From: Bryobacterales bacterium
GTDB taxonomy: Bacteria > Acidobacteriota > Terriglobia > Bryobacterales > UBA6623
Length of the DNA stretch: 64,000 nucleotides
NCBI GenBank assembly: GCA_963422375.2
Contig: OY729428.2
Location: 2,240,001-2,304,000, forward strand
Direction: 5' to 3'
Shown: piece after piece, positions 10,655 to 20,541 of the stretch
Layout of the letters: every line of letters starts with the position of its first letter
How positions within the stretch are numbered: the stretch's first letter is position 1
The notes under the pieces: model-generated
What the model was told of the DNA's origin: nothing
Database searches by the model: none
Seen by the model: the letters and a program-made list of their open reading frames with translations, nothing else
Made by a program: the position numbers and the translations under genes

Positions 10655-11152
10655 ATGGACAGGTACCTAAAGGACAACTTGGAGTGCTATCTCTCGGGCC
10701 AGCTCGGCGCGTCTGCCAAGCTCGAATTCAAACGGCGCATGGCGGCGAGGCCGAGGGACCGGGCCGAGATCGAGAGAATGTCTCAGCTGTCGAAAAGATT
10801 CGCTGCGTTCGATCTGCCCCGGGAGGACGGCTTGGGGCCGTTGCCGGGATTCCACAACCGCGTCCTAGGCAGGATCGAGCGCGAGCGCCGGCCTTCGCTC
10901 CTGGACTGCTGCTTGCGCCCGACGGCCATCCGGGGAGTGGCGTTCGCCTCCTGCTCCTGGCTCCTTCTGCTCGTCTCGCTCAGCCTGTACCAAGCGTCCG
11001 CCCGGGCGTCCGTCGAGCATATCGCGGAGACGGTCCTGGCGCAGCCCCCCGAGAGCGCTGACTACTGCAACGTTCGTCTCGGCTGCGACATCGACCTGAA
11101 CCGCAAGTCGATGCTCGCCGCCGTGATCAAATCCGGGCAGGACGGACGCTAG
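10655..11152 (+). CDS. Putative membrane anti-sigma factor
   Basis: Directly downstream of the ECF sigma; ASD-like N-terminus (LECYLSGQL) and one TM segment. Confidence 0.65.
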   Translation: MDRYLKDNLECYLSGQLGASAKLEFKRRMAARPRDRAEIERMSQLSKRFAAFDLPREDGLGPLPGFHNRVLGRIERERRPSLLDCCLRPTAIRGVAFASCSWLLLLVSLSLYQASARASVEHIAETVLAQPPESADYCNVRLGCDIDLNRKSMLAAVIKSGQDGR

Positions 11153-11514
11153 TGGACCAGCTCCGGGCTGTGTCGACGGGCAAGGCCGTCTTCGTCTTCG
11201 CGCTGGTATTCTTCAGCGGCTTCGCGACGGGCCTGCTGAGTTCCAACCTGCTGGAGGCGTTCGGGCCGGACCGGAGCAGGCAGTTCCGAATCGATGCGAC
11301 GCTGCAGGACCTGTCCGACCACCTGGCGCTCGACCCCAGCCAAGCCGAGCAAGTCCGCGTCATCCTGGACGACGTGATCATGGAGGAAGCGGAACTGCTG
11401 AGTGAGCTCAAGTGGAACCAGCTCGAAGCGCGCGAGCGCATCGCCATGTACCTGACGCCGGAGCAGAACCGCGTGTTTAACGAAATGATCCAGCTGGGGG
11501 AGCTCGGCCGGTGA
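11152..11514 (+). CDS. Spy/CpxP-like membrane-anchored accessory protein
   Basis: N-terminal TM, LALDPSQ and LTPEQ motifs; coupled to the anti-sigma gene. Confidence 0.6.
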   Translation: MDQLRAVSTGKAVFVFALVFFSGFATGLLSSNLLEAFGPDRSRQFRIDATLQDLSDHLALDPSQAEQVRVILDDVIMEEAELLSELKWNQLEARERIAMYLTPEQNRVFNEMIQLGELGR

Positions 11515-11858
11515 TCGCCCGGGCAGCCGCGAGTCGAGCGTCGTTCAGTGACGCCAAGATGGGCAAGGCAACCTTGCTCGCGAGCGAGCGGATCTTCTCG
11601 GGCCTCAACTGCTTCCTGCCCGGCCAGGAGCACGCGCTCCACTCGCATGCGGGCCAAGACAAGCTGTACTTCATCCTGGAGGGCTCCGGCGACGTCACCG
11701 TCGGGGAGCGCACGTGGAGGGCCGACGCCGGCGACTTGGTGCTGGCTCGCTCGGGCGAGCCCCACGCCATCAGGAACCCGGGCCCGAGCAATCTCGTGGT
11801 GCTGACCCTGATGGCACCTCCGCCCAAGGCGAAGGGCGTCCCGCCGGGCAGCCGCTAG
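11511..11858 (+). CDS. Cupin domain protein
   Basis: PGQEHALHSHAGQDKLYFILEG and GEPHAIRN motifs. Confidence 0.85.
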   Translation: MIARAAASRASFSDAKMGKATLLASERIFSGLNCFLPGQEHALHSHAGQDKLYFILEGSGDVTVGERTWRADAGDLVLARSGEPHAIRNPGPSNLVVLTLMAPPPKAKGVPPGSR

Positions 11859-11880
11859 AGTCCTTCCCTGCCCCGAGCCA

Positions 11881-13308
11881 TCAGCCAGCGGAACCGGTCT
11901 GGCTGGCGGACGACACGTTGACGGGCTCGCGCCCCATCTGGTCGATCTCGCTGAAGGAGACCTTGCGCTGCTCGTCCATGGCCAGGTTGGCCAGCATGAC
12001 CGCAACCGAGTCACGCAAGCCCACGTCGATGTCCGCGCGCGGCCTGCTGCCGGTGGCGACGTCGGAGAGAAAGCTCGACAGCTCGGCGTACTCGGGGTCG
12101 ATGGACTCGCTCGGCCGCAGGATGCCCTTCCGGTAGGCCCAGGTCTTCGCGAAGAAGAGCTCCTTCTCGAGAAAGCTGACCTGGTTGGGATCGACCGCCT
12201 CCGGATCGATCGGGAAGCCGTCGCCCTGCTCGGCGGTGTCCGCGCCGACCGTCGCGCCCGCAACCCAGTTCTCGGTCGTGCTCTCCTGCTTCGCCTGGTC
12301 CTCCATCTTGACCTTCATCTCGTCGCGGTAGTACATGCCGTCGCCGTAAGGAATCAGCGTGAGCTCGATCGCGCCGTCGGTTCCGAGAATCGTCTCGCGG
12401 CAGCCGTCGCCCGGCACGCGCCGTCCGGCGAGGTGGCGGTTGGTCATGACGGAGCTGTACTGAAGCTTCTGCCCGCCGGGATACTCGAAGATCAGCTGGA
12501 TGTTGTCGTAAATGTCCCGGCCGTCCCGCCAGTAGTCCAAGCCGCCGACTCCCATCACCGAGATCGGATGCTGGTCGAGGAACCAGTCCGCCACGTCCAC
12601 CTGGTGGGACATGAGCTCGGCGCACAGGCCTCCCGAGTACCTTCGGTATAGGCGCCAGTTGAACTGGTCCTCGAACTCCTCGGACGCCTTCCGCCGCCAG
12701 TTGGTGTTGCGGTGCCACTGGGCTTGGATGTGCGTGACGTCGCCGATCACGCCCGCGTCGATCATCTCCTTCGCGCGCTGGTACAGCAGGCTGTACCGCC
12801 GCTGAAGGCCGACCTGGATCGTCAGATCCGGGTGCGCCGCGCGGAGCCTGCGCATCGCATGCACCTCGGCAGGGGCGAAGACGAGCGACTTCTCACAAAA
12901 GACGTGCTTGCCCGCCTCCAGCGCCGCCTTCATCACCGGAAAGTGCAGGTACAGCGGCACGGTGATGAAGACAGCCTCGATGTCGTCCCGCTGCAGCAGG
13001 GTGCGGTAGTCCGTGTAGCCCTCAGGCTCGTTGTTGAAGACCTCCAGCGCTCGGTTGAGGTTCTTCTCGTAGATGTCACACAGGGCCACGCACTTGCCGT
13101 GCCTCATGTGGGCGAGGTGCCGCTCCAAGAGCCGCCGGCCACGGCTGCCCGGGCCGATCATCGCATAGTTGACGACACGGGCCTGGGCCTTCGCCGAGCG
13201 CACGAACGGCCCGTGGCTGACCGCTGCCGCGGCGGCTCCGACCGCGGCGGCGGCGGTCGCAAAGTCGCGCCGACCGATCTGGGGCGCGCTTGATTCCTGT
13301 TCTGCCAT
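11881..13308 (-). CDS. Gfo/Idh/MocA family oxidoreductase with Tat signal
   Basis: GRRDF Tat motif, IGPGSRG, GKHVFCEK, ELMSHQVD. Confidence 0.9.
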   Translation of the reverse strand: MAEQESSAPQIGRRDFATAAAAVGAAAAAVSHGPFVRSAKAQARVVNYAMIGPGSRGRRLLERHLAHMRHGKCVALCDIYEKNLNRALEVFNNEPEGYTDYRTLLQRDDIEAVFITVPLYLHFPVMKAALEAGKHVFCEKSLVFAPAEVHAMRRLRAAHPDLTIQVGLQRRYSLLYQRAKEMIDAGVIGDVTHIQAQWHRNTNWRRKASEEFEDQFNWRLYRRYSGGLCAELMSHQVDVADWFLDQHPISVMGVGGLDYWRDGRDIYDNIQLIFEYPGGQKLQYSSVMTNRHLAGRRVPGDGCRETILGTDGAIELTLIPYGDGMYYRDEMKVKMEDQAKQESTTENWVAGATVGADTAEQGDGFPIDPEAVDPNQVSFLEKELFFAKTWAYRKGILRPSESIDPEYAELSSFLSDVATGSRPRADIDVGLRDSVAVMLANLAMDEQRKVSFSEIDQMGREPVNVSSASQTGSAG

Positions 13309-14448
13309 GTATCTCTAGGGAAACCGGTCCCTTGACTGAGTCTAGACTCTGGCGCCATGAATCGCAAGGGGCGGGAACGGCGGTGCGCGGCCCTACCCTG
13401 CCGACCGTGGCGGAGACCGGGCGAGCCGTGCCCCAAGTCGGCCTCTACCTGCCGGAGACACGCCCACCCGGCGCGGATGCCAGATCCGCCGGGTTCAACT
13501 GGAGTCCGAGCTGCCGCGACCTGGCCGCCCGGATGGTACGTCGTTCAAGGCAGGCTGCCGTTCATGCGGTTGTCCTCTCCTCGGCGGCGGGTCACGGGGG
13601 GCGATGCCTCTAGCCCGCATTATTCATGAATGTGGCGCAGGCTCATGGATCCAGTTGCTGGGCCTTCGATGGCCGCCGAATCTGCTTCCGAAACGCCTGC
13701 GGGCGGGGAATGCGGGGCTTGCGGGGCGTCTCGCGAGCGGCCTGCGGGCCGCGGACACCTCCTCGGCGGCACCCGCCCGGAGGGCAGGCACGGTTTCCCC
13801 CCGGCGGCGCCCGGCGCCTGCCGACACTCTCCGGATGGACCCGGCCCGGCGTCATATCGGCACGGCCCCCAAGCCCCGCGCCACCACCACCCGGGCGTCC
13901 CGGAACGGTGCCGTCCGCGGCACTCGCAGCACGATCCGCTTGGCCGTGGCCGCGACCCGCGCCCCCGGCTTCAGCAGGCCGGGGCGCAACCCGTCCACCG
14001 GCGCTTCCGCAGCGGCGTCTCCCGCGCCTGCCACAGCGCAGTTCCTGCATACGTGCTGTGGAATTCCCGCGCCAGACAGGGCCACGAGCCGCCATGACGC
14101 CCAAGGAGTCGCGACCATCGTCGGTTGGAGGCTCGAGCGAATGGCAGGGCCGGGCCAGCAACTTACCCGCCTCTGCTGCGTTGCTGCTCCATTATATGCC
14201 CTCTTGGTAGGCAAAGCCGTGCCACGCACCTAGGTTGCGCACCTTCGTTGACGGCGGCCGTCTCGGCCGCAGCGGGTTGCGTAACCCCTGTGACATGCGA
14301 TGACTTCAGCTCCCCGCACCTGCGGAGAGCGGCAGGTGCAGCATCGTCACCCGCGCAAGGCACCGGCGTTCCGTCCGCCACGAGACGGCGCAGTGTCCAG
14401 CTCGGGAGTCGCTGAGCGGACTTCTCGAGACGCACGCCCTTCCCCGCC

Positions 14449-14838
14449 CTATCCGAAGAGGCCGCCCTCGGCCTCGAGGGCCCGGAAATAGGCCTCGACC
14501 TGGCTGTCTAGGACCACGCCGCGTCCCGTCGGAGAGGAGCGCGCGGCGATGCCTAGCGCATCCGGGTGGTGATCCCTCTCCAACACCCACCGAACCCTCC
14601 CGCACGGCAGCAGACCGACACGCACGGCGTCCGGGGCATCCTCAGGAATCCGCTTGCATCTTGCTCGGGCATAGCCGAGGTTGCATCCCCACACCAGCAG
14701 TTCTCCTCCGGGCTCGGGAGCCTCGCCGGGCACGGCCCTGCAGACGCCCGCATACAGGCGCCCGAGCGGCGGGGGACACTTGCCGGGCCAATCGGTCCGG
14801 GCCAAGCCGTCTATCGGCTCGAAGAATGCGCAAGCCAC
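14449..14838 (-). CDS. Cys-containing hypothetical protein
   Basis: GTG start (MACAFFEP), LGRLYAGVC, CNLGYARARC, DAVR, ERDH; TAGACT 8 nt upstream. Confidence 0.6.
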   Translation of the reverse strand: MACAFFEPIDGLARTDWPGKCPPPLGRLYAGVCRAVPGEAPEPGGELLVWGCNLGYARARCKRIPEDAPDAVRVGLLPCGRVRWVLERDHHPDALGIAARSSPTGRGVVLDSQVEAYFRALEAEGGLFG

Positions 14839-14905
14839 GACGAACCAGTCTATTCCGTGCCAGACTGGCCGGGCAACTCCAGCGGTGTATCCTTGTGTTT
14901 TCGTC

Positions 14906-15217
14906 ATGAACCGCCTGGACGCGCTTCAAGCATTGCTCCGAGCTGACCCATCGAGCCAGTTCGCACGCTACGGACTGGCCCAGGAACTGTTCAAGGCCGG
15001 CAAGCACGCCGAGGCGGTCGACGAATACGAGCGGATCATCCTGGCGGACAGCGACTATCAGGCCGCCTACTACCACGCCGGCAAGGCCTTGGAGCGGCTC
15101 GGTCGCACCGATGACGCTCTCGCGATGTACGAGCGGGGAGTCGAGGCATCGTACCGGACGGGGAACCTTCACGCTCGCAGCGAATTGCAGGAGGCCATTC
15201 AAGGTCTCTCGGGCTGA
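14906..15217 (+). CDS. Tetratricopeptide repeat protein
   Basis: FARYGLAQE, YQAAYYHAGKALERLGR TPR patterns. Confidence 0.85.
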   Translation: MNRLDALQALLRADPSSQFARYGLAQELFKAGKHAEAVDEYERIILADSDYQAAYYHAGKALERLGRTDDALAMYERGVEASYRTGNLHARSELQEAIQGLSG

Positions 15218-15311
15218 CTGCCCGGGCTTGGCCGGCCGCGCGCTTCCGACCGGCACCAAGCGCTGCGGCAGGCAGTTGGACCGGTCTGTACCTTGGTGAC
15301 GAGCCGCCCCG

Positions 15312-17435
15312 ATGTCGCGAACCAGTTCGTTCGTCGCGCTCGCGACGCTCGCCGGCTGGGCGTCCTTCGCCGCGAGGGCCGACCGCCTCGGCTCGGACCT
15401 CGCCGCTCTAGCCGCGCTTCACGGCGGTCCCGGCGACGAGCGCCGGGTCATCGAATTCATTCGCGAGCGGGTCGGGGGGACACACCGAGAAGGCGCGAAC
15501 GGCTCGCTCCTAGCTGAATTCGGGCGCGGCGACCCCCGCATCCTGCTGATTGCCGGAGTCGACGAGCCGGGATTCGCCGTCTCCGGCATCGACGGGGAGG
15601 GCTATTTGCGGCTGCAGCCGCTTTCCGGCTCCAGGATCCGGGGCGGACTGGCCTCGTACTTCCGCGGGCAACACGTCGGGGTTGCGACCGGCACAGGCGT
15701 GCTTCTGCCCGGAGTCGCGGCTGCTCCTTCGGTGCATTTCGGCTCTGCATACGGGGCTGGCAGACGACTCGGAGAGAACGAGATCTTCGTCGATATCGGC
15801 GCTTCTAGTCCGCTCGAAGCCCGCGCGGCAGGCGTGAGCCTGCTGGATCGGGTCACACTCGAGAAGCGCGTTGCTCGCCTAGCCGGGGACCGGCTCGCGG
15901 GACCTTGGATTTCGAGCCGCGCAGGGGTCGCGCTGCTCCTCTCTCTAGCCCGGCGGCTCGAGAGCGAGCCGCCGGACGGTACGGTGACTCTCGCCTTCGT
16001 GACGCAGCAATACCCCTATTCCGCCGGTCTGAGGAGAGTGCTGGAATCCGTGCCCGCCGACCACGCGGTTCTGCTCGCATCGAACGGGGGCTCCGCCGAC
16101 TCGATCGCTCCGGCCAGCGGGTCAGATCCCGGCGCAATCCCAGGGTACGTCGAACTCGCCGGGAAGGTCGGACTGCGACTGGAGCGGCGGTACTCCCACG
16201 AAATCGCGTTCGGACCGTTCGGCGGCGACCGGCCCTGGGACTCGAGCCGGCGTCTAGCCGTTCTCTCCCCGGGCGTCCGCAATTCGTCGACCCCGGCCGA
16301 ATCCATGAGCCTAGGCAGGCTCGAGGGCCTAGCTCGGCTCTTGGAACTCGTCGCCGGGCTGGAGGAACGAGACTCGCCATCGCCGATGGCGAGCGGATTC
16401 GCGCAGGCAGGCGAACCCAGCGGCGCAAGCCCTGCTGGCAGCGTCTCGTCCCTCGAGGAGACCATTCGGGCCTTAGTGGAGGTGGCGGCGGTCAGCGGGA
16501 GCGAAGGGCGGGTCCGCGAGCGGATTCTCGAGCTCGTCCCGCGCGAGCTGGCTGCGGACCAGAGAGTCGACAAAGCGGGGAATCTGATCGTGCGCGTGGG
16601 CCCTCCCGGAGAGCCCGCCGCCGCATTCCTAGCGCACATGGACGAAATCGGGTTCGAGGTGCAGGACATCCTCCCGCGCGGCGTCGCTACAGCGGCATCA
16701 AAGGGCGGCGGCAACCGCGACTTATTCTCATGGCACCCAGCCGCAGTCCATGGCCGGTACGGAACACTGCCTGCCGTGATGGCCCAGGGACAACTCGATC
16801 TCGGCGCGGATTCGGACATCGGCGTCAAGGCAATGGGCGTGCGGGAAGGGGATACCGTGACCGTCCCGAAGCGCTACAAGCGGCTGCTAGGCAGCCGCGT
16901 CAGCGCGAGGTCGCTGGACGACAGGCTCGGCTGCGCGGCGCTCGTGGAGGCGTTGCGACGGCTGTCGGGGAGAATCCGCCGCGCGACCCGTGCCGTGGAC
17001 TTCGTGTTCAGCGTAGAAGAGGAGACCGGCCTCAACGGGGCCCGTCGCTACGCGGCGAGCGCCCGGCCCGCCCGCGTCTACCCGGTGGACACGTTCGTGA
17101 CATCGGACAGCCCGTTCGGACCCTCCCGTCTCGCGCGCGCTGGGTTGGGAGCGGGCGCGGTCCTGCGGGCGCTCGACCAGAGCGGCATGACGCCGCGGCG
17201 AGAGGTCGAGCGGGTGATCGCGCTGGCGCGCAGGCATCGGATCCCGCTGCAGGTCGGCGTCACGGCGGGAGGCAACGACGGCTCGGTCTTTCCGTCACTG
17301 GAGACCGCGAACATTCCGATCGGATTCCCGCTGCGATACGCTCACACCCCCGTGGAAACCGCGGACTTGCGCGACGCGGAGGCCGTCGCGGCGCTGGTGG
17401 AGAAACTCGCACTCGAAGAGCTGCGCGGGCGCTAG
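15312..17435 (+). CDS. Secreted M42-family aminopeptidase with two tandem M42 domains
   Basis: Signal peptide; C-domain has AHMDE, SLDDR, VEEE, GGND, YAH; N-domain is homologous but degenerate. Confidence 0.85.
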   Translation: MSRTSSFVALATLAGWASFAARADRLGSDLAALAALHGGPGDERRVIEFIRERVGGTHREGANGSLLAEFGRGDPRILLIAGVDEPGFAVSGIDGEGYLRLQPLSGSRIRGGLASYFRGQHVGVATGTGVLLPGVAAAPSVHFGSAYGAGRRLGENEIFVDIGASSPLEARAAGVSLLDRVTLEKRVARLAGDRLAGPWISSRAGVALLLSLARRLESEPPDGTVTLAFVTQQYPYSAGLRRVLESVPADHAVLLASNGGSADSIAPASGSDPGAIPGYVELAGKVGLRLERRYSHEIAFGPFGGDRPWDSSRRLAVLSPGVRNSSTPAESMSLGRLEGLARLLELVAGLEERDSPSPMASGFAQAGEPSGASPAGSVSSLEETIRALVEVAAVSGSEGRVRERILELVPRELAADQRVDKAGNLIVRVGPPGEPAAAFLAHMDEIGFEVQDILPRGVATAASKGGGNRDLFSWHPAAVHGRYGTLPAVMAQGQLDLGADSDIGVKAMGVREGDTVTVPKRYKRLLGSRVSARSLDDRLGCAALVEALRRLSGRIRRATRAVDFVFSVEEETGLNGARRYAASARPARVYPVDTFVTSDSPFGPSRLARAGLGAGAVLRALDQSGMTPRREVERVIALARRHRIPLQVGVTAGGNDGSVFPSLETANIPIGFPLRYAHTPVETADLRDAEAVAALVEKLALEELRGR

Positions 17436-17441
17436 GAGAGC

Positions 17442-18518
17442 CTACTCGAACAGCGACGCGTCGATCCCCGGAATCAGGCGCAGCGCGTTTTTCCAGTAGA
17501 TGTGCTGGAGCGTCTCGTCGGGCAAGCCTAGGCCGTACAGGCGCCAGTGGGCGTGGTAGCGCCGGTAGTACTCGAAATACTCGTCGCGGGTTTCGAGAAC
17601 GCGCCAGTAGTAGGGAAACTCCGCAGGCGCATACGAATCCTTGCCGAACAGCACTCGGTCCTTGTAGCGATTCAGGAACTCCGGGCCGCTGAACGGGACG
17701 CGGCCGAGCTCGTAGAGAACCGCCGCAATGTCCACGTAGACGTTCGGCTGCCGGTCCAGCAGGCGTCCGAGCCGCCGCAGGTCGCTGCCCTGCCAACCCA
17801 TGTGAGCCAGGATGAAGTTCACGTCGGGATGCCTGGCCAGCATGCGGTCCCTCTCGGCCAGCAGGTCGTCGAAGCCCGGAGGCGCGGAGCGCTTCCGCCG
17901 TGATCTCAGCTTCAGCTCGAGCCAGCGCTCGTTGCGGGCATCGTGCGGCGCCCAGAATTCGGCCGGATCCGCGACATGGATCAGCACCGGGATACCTAGG
18001 CGAGCGCAGGCCCGGAACAGGGGTGCCATGGCCGGGTCGTCGACCGGCACGCGTCGGCCCGACACGTCGCGCACGCTCATGCCGAAGTTCTTGAAGATCT
18101 TCAGGCCCTGCGCGCCCGCGGCGACGTCCGCTTCCAGCTGCCGGGCGGCCCTAGCGGGCCAATCCGCGCTGCCGATGCCGCTGAAGTCGGGATTGGCGAA
18201 CACGGCGAACCGGGTCGGGTGGCGCTGCCGGAAGTTCGCGACCGTCGCGCGAAGCCGCTCCCCGTGGCCGCCGCTCAGGTTGACCAAGACGGCGAGGTTG
18301 AGCGCGTCCATCTCGCCGACGATCTCGTCCAGCCTCGCGCCGCTCGTTCCACTCCGGTGATGGCTGTGGACGTCGATCACGGGAAACTTCGCACGCGGCA
18401 CGAGGTTTTCCTCGGCCACCAGCGTCGAGCGGGGCTCCCAGTCCTCGACAGACAGATCCTGCGCTCCGGAGCAGGCGGCCAGCAGCGACAACAGGGCGGG
18501 TCGCAGCCTCATCGCCAC
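17442..18518 (-). CDS. Amidohydrolase_2 family protein
   Basis: VIDVHSH, PVLIHVAD, AHMG, RVLFGKD; N-terminal signal. Confidence 0.85.
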   Translation of the reverse strand: MAMRLRPALLSLLAACSGAQDLSVEDWEPRSTLVAEENLVPRAKFPVIDVHSHHRSGTSGARLDEIVGEMDALNLAVLVNLSGGHGERLRATVANFRQRHPTRFAVFANPDFSGIGSADWPARAARQLEADVAAGAQGLKIFKNFGMSVRDVSGRRVPVDDPAMAPLFRACARLGIPVLIHVADPAEFWAPHDARNERWLELKLRSRRKRSAPPGFDDLLAERDRMLARHPDVNFILAHMGWQGSDLRRLGRLLDRQPNVYVDIAAVLYELGRVPFSGPEFLNRYKDRVLFGKDSYAPAEFPYYWRVLETRDEYFEYYRRYHAHWRLYGLGLPDETLQHIYWKNALRLIPGIDASLFE

Positions 18519-18579
18519 GATCCCCGCTCAGACCGTGACACGTCGGCGTCCGGGATCCGCCGCGGACATCCGCACGTCC

Positions 18580-18912
18580 CTAGCTGTCAGGGAGGAAGAC
18601 CTTGGCGCTGGGAAACTCTCCCAGCGGGCCCAAGCGATCCGCGCCGCCCAATTCAGGCTCGGGCCAAGGCTCGTCTTCCGCAATGATCTGCACCTCGACC
18701 GAGCCGGACCGCACCTCTTCCATCGCGATCTTGGTCGGCTTGCGCGACGTCGTGTTGATCAGGGGGCGGGCGCCCCCTTGGAGCTGGCGCGCCCGGCGGG
18801 CCGCCGCCAGCACGAAGCGGTAGACGCCTTGCTCCTCGTCGTTCGGAATCGTCCAGATCTGGTCGGGCGGCTTGACGTAGCTCGCGAACACTCTCTCGTC
18901 CCGGTCACTCAT
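18580..18912 (-). CDS. rpoZ: RNA polymerase omega subunit
   Basis: YRFVLAAARRARQLQGGA...KPTKIAMEE; ATGA overlap with gmk. Confidence 0.85.
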   Translation of the reverse strand: MSDRDERVFASYVKPPDQIWTIPNDEEQGVYRFVLAAARRARQLQGGARPLINTTSRKPTKIAMEEVRSGSVEVQIIAEDEPWPEPELGGADRLGPLGEFPSAKVFLPDS

Positions 18913-19547
18913 TCGGTTTCCCCGCTCCTGTTCTCCGCGCGCATGCCGAAGCTCCTCAAGACAGGCTCGACCGCCCTCTCCATGCGCACTCGCCTGCTGC
19001 GTTCCGCGACAAGAATCGAATGCAGGACGGCGACTGACTCGTCGATCCGCTCGTTGACCAGCACGTAGTCGTAACGGTCGCCGCCGCGAATTTCCCGCAC
19101 GGCCTCCCCTAGGCGCCGTTCGATGACCGCCCGCCGATCCGCCGACCGTTCCCGCAGGCGCCGCTCGAGCTCCTCTTTCGACGGAGGCAGGATGAAGACC
19201 GTAACTGCGCCGGGCAGCCTCTCTATCAATGATGCACCACCCTGCACGTCGATGTCTAGCACCAAGTCGCACTCGCGGCTCCGAGCCTCGTCCACCGCCG
19301 ACCACGGCGTGCCGTAGAAGTTGCCGAACACCTCGGCCCACTCGATGAACTCGCCGCGGTTGCGCATGCCGAAGAAGGACTCCCTGCTCACGAAGCGGTA
19401 GGCGCTCCCGTCCACCTCGTGCCGTCGCGGGGGCCGCGTGGTCACGGAAACGGCGAATTCAAGGCGGGGATCTCGGTCCACGAGACGGCCGACGAGCGTG
19501 GACTTGCCGGTCCCGGACGGCGCCGAGATCACCAATACGATCGACAT
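18909..19547 (-). CDS. gmk: Guanylate kinase
   Basis: SAPSGTGKST, SVTTRPPR, EWAEVFGNFYGT, LDIDVQG. Confidence 0.95.
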   Translation of the reverse strand: MSIVLVISAPSGTGKSTLVGRLVDRDPRLEFAVSVTTRPPRRHEVDGSAYRFVSRESFFGMRNRGEFIEWAEVFGNFYGTPWSAVDEARSRECDLVLDIDVQGGASLIERLPGAVTVFILPPSKEELERRLRERSADRRAVIERRLGEAVREIRGGDRYDYVLVNERIDESVAVLHSILVAERSRRVRMERAVEPVLRSFGMRAENRSGETE

Positions 19548-19644
19548 GCGGGACAGCGGAGGAAGACGACCCGGCTAGGTCCGCAGAATACGCGCGATAC
19601 GCGGGCGGTTGGGACAGTTTACCCGAACCGGGAGATTCGAACGG

Positions 19645-20541
19645 CTATTCGAGGTTCGGGGCCTGCTCGCGGATCTTTTCGACCGCCGACCGAATGCGAA
19701 GCGCGGCCTCCGTGACCCACAGCCCCGGCTCGCCGAGAACCTGCGCCTTCGCCAGGAGGGTGTTGGCCTCTCGGTTCATCTCCTGCGCTAAGAAGTCGAT
19801 CCTCTTGCCGACCTCGCCGCCATCCTCGAGGTGCCCGCGCAGCTGCTCGACATGAGCGCGGAGCCGCGCCAGTTCCTCGCTGAAGTCGCTGCGCCCCGCG
19901 AGGATCGCAACCTCTTGGGCGAGGCGCTGCGAATCGACGCCTTGCCCGCCCAGAACTTCCGCCAGCCGGTCCTGCACCTTCGCGTGGTAGAGATCGACGG
20001 CCTCGCGGGCCGACAAGCGGAGACGGCCGACCTCGGCCCCGATCGCGTCGGCGTGCTCCCGGATGTCCGCGACCAGCGCCTGCCCTTCCTGTTCCCGCAC
20101 GCGGTCCAGCCGCTCGAGCGTGAGATCGAGGGCCTCGCCGACCAAGGCCTCAAGCGTCTCGTCCGGCATGGCGGCCCTCCCGGTCACGACGGTCCCGGGA
20201 AGCCCGAGCATGGCCTGGGGGTCCGGCACTGCATGGGCGCCGAGCAGCTCCGCGACCTCACGGAATGCTGCCAGCCGAGCCACTACGAGTTCGCGGTCGA
20301 CCTCGGCTGCCAACGGACTGCAGGACTGGACTTCAAGCGTTACCTGAAGGCTGCCGCGTCGAACGCGCCCGCGCAGGTCGCGGCGCATGCCGCTCTCGAG
20401 CCGCGCCGCGCTCGACGGCACGCGTACCTTGAGATCCAAGGAGCGATGGTTGACCGCGCGGATCGCGACTCGGACGGAGTGCTCACCCCTTTCCGCCATC
20501 GCCTCGGCGAAACCGGTCATCGATCGCGGGGAAGGCATCAC
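19645..20541 (-). CDS. yicC: YicC/YloC family endoribonuclease
   Basis: SMTGF, VNHR, EELARL, GKRIDFLAQEMNREANT, EKIREQ..NLE; synteny with gmk-rpoZ. Confidence 0.9.
   Translation of the reverse strand: MMPSPRSMTGFAEAMAERGEHSVRVAIRAVNHRSLDLKVRVPSSAARLESGMRRDLRGRVRRGSLQVTLEVQSCSPLAAEVDRELVVARLAAFREVAELLGAHAVPDPQAMLGLPGTVVTGRAAMPDETLEALVGEALDLTLERLDRVREQEGQALVADIREHADAIGAEVGRLRLSAREAVDLYHAKVQDRLAEVLGGQGVDSQRLAQEVAILAGRSDFSEELARLRAHVEQLRGHLEDGGEVGKRIDFLAQEMNREANTLLAKAQVLGEPGLWVTEAALRIRSAVEKIREQAPNLE

Noticed and set aside
14211..14224. Sigma54-like TGGCACGGCTTTGC on the minus strand
   Set aside because: GG-to-GC spacing is 9 nt rather than the required 10, and no clear gene follows.
13320..14440. 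1.1-kb very GC-rich gap with many ORFs
   Set aside because: Arg/Pro/Ala-rich translations in all frames; no protein or RNA family recognised.
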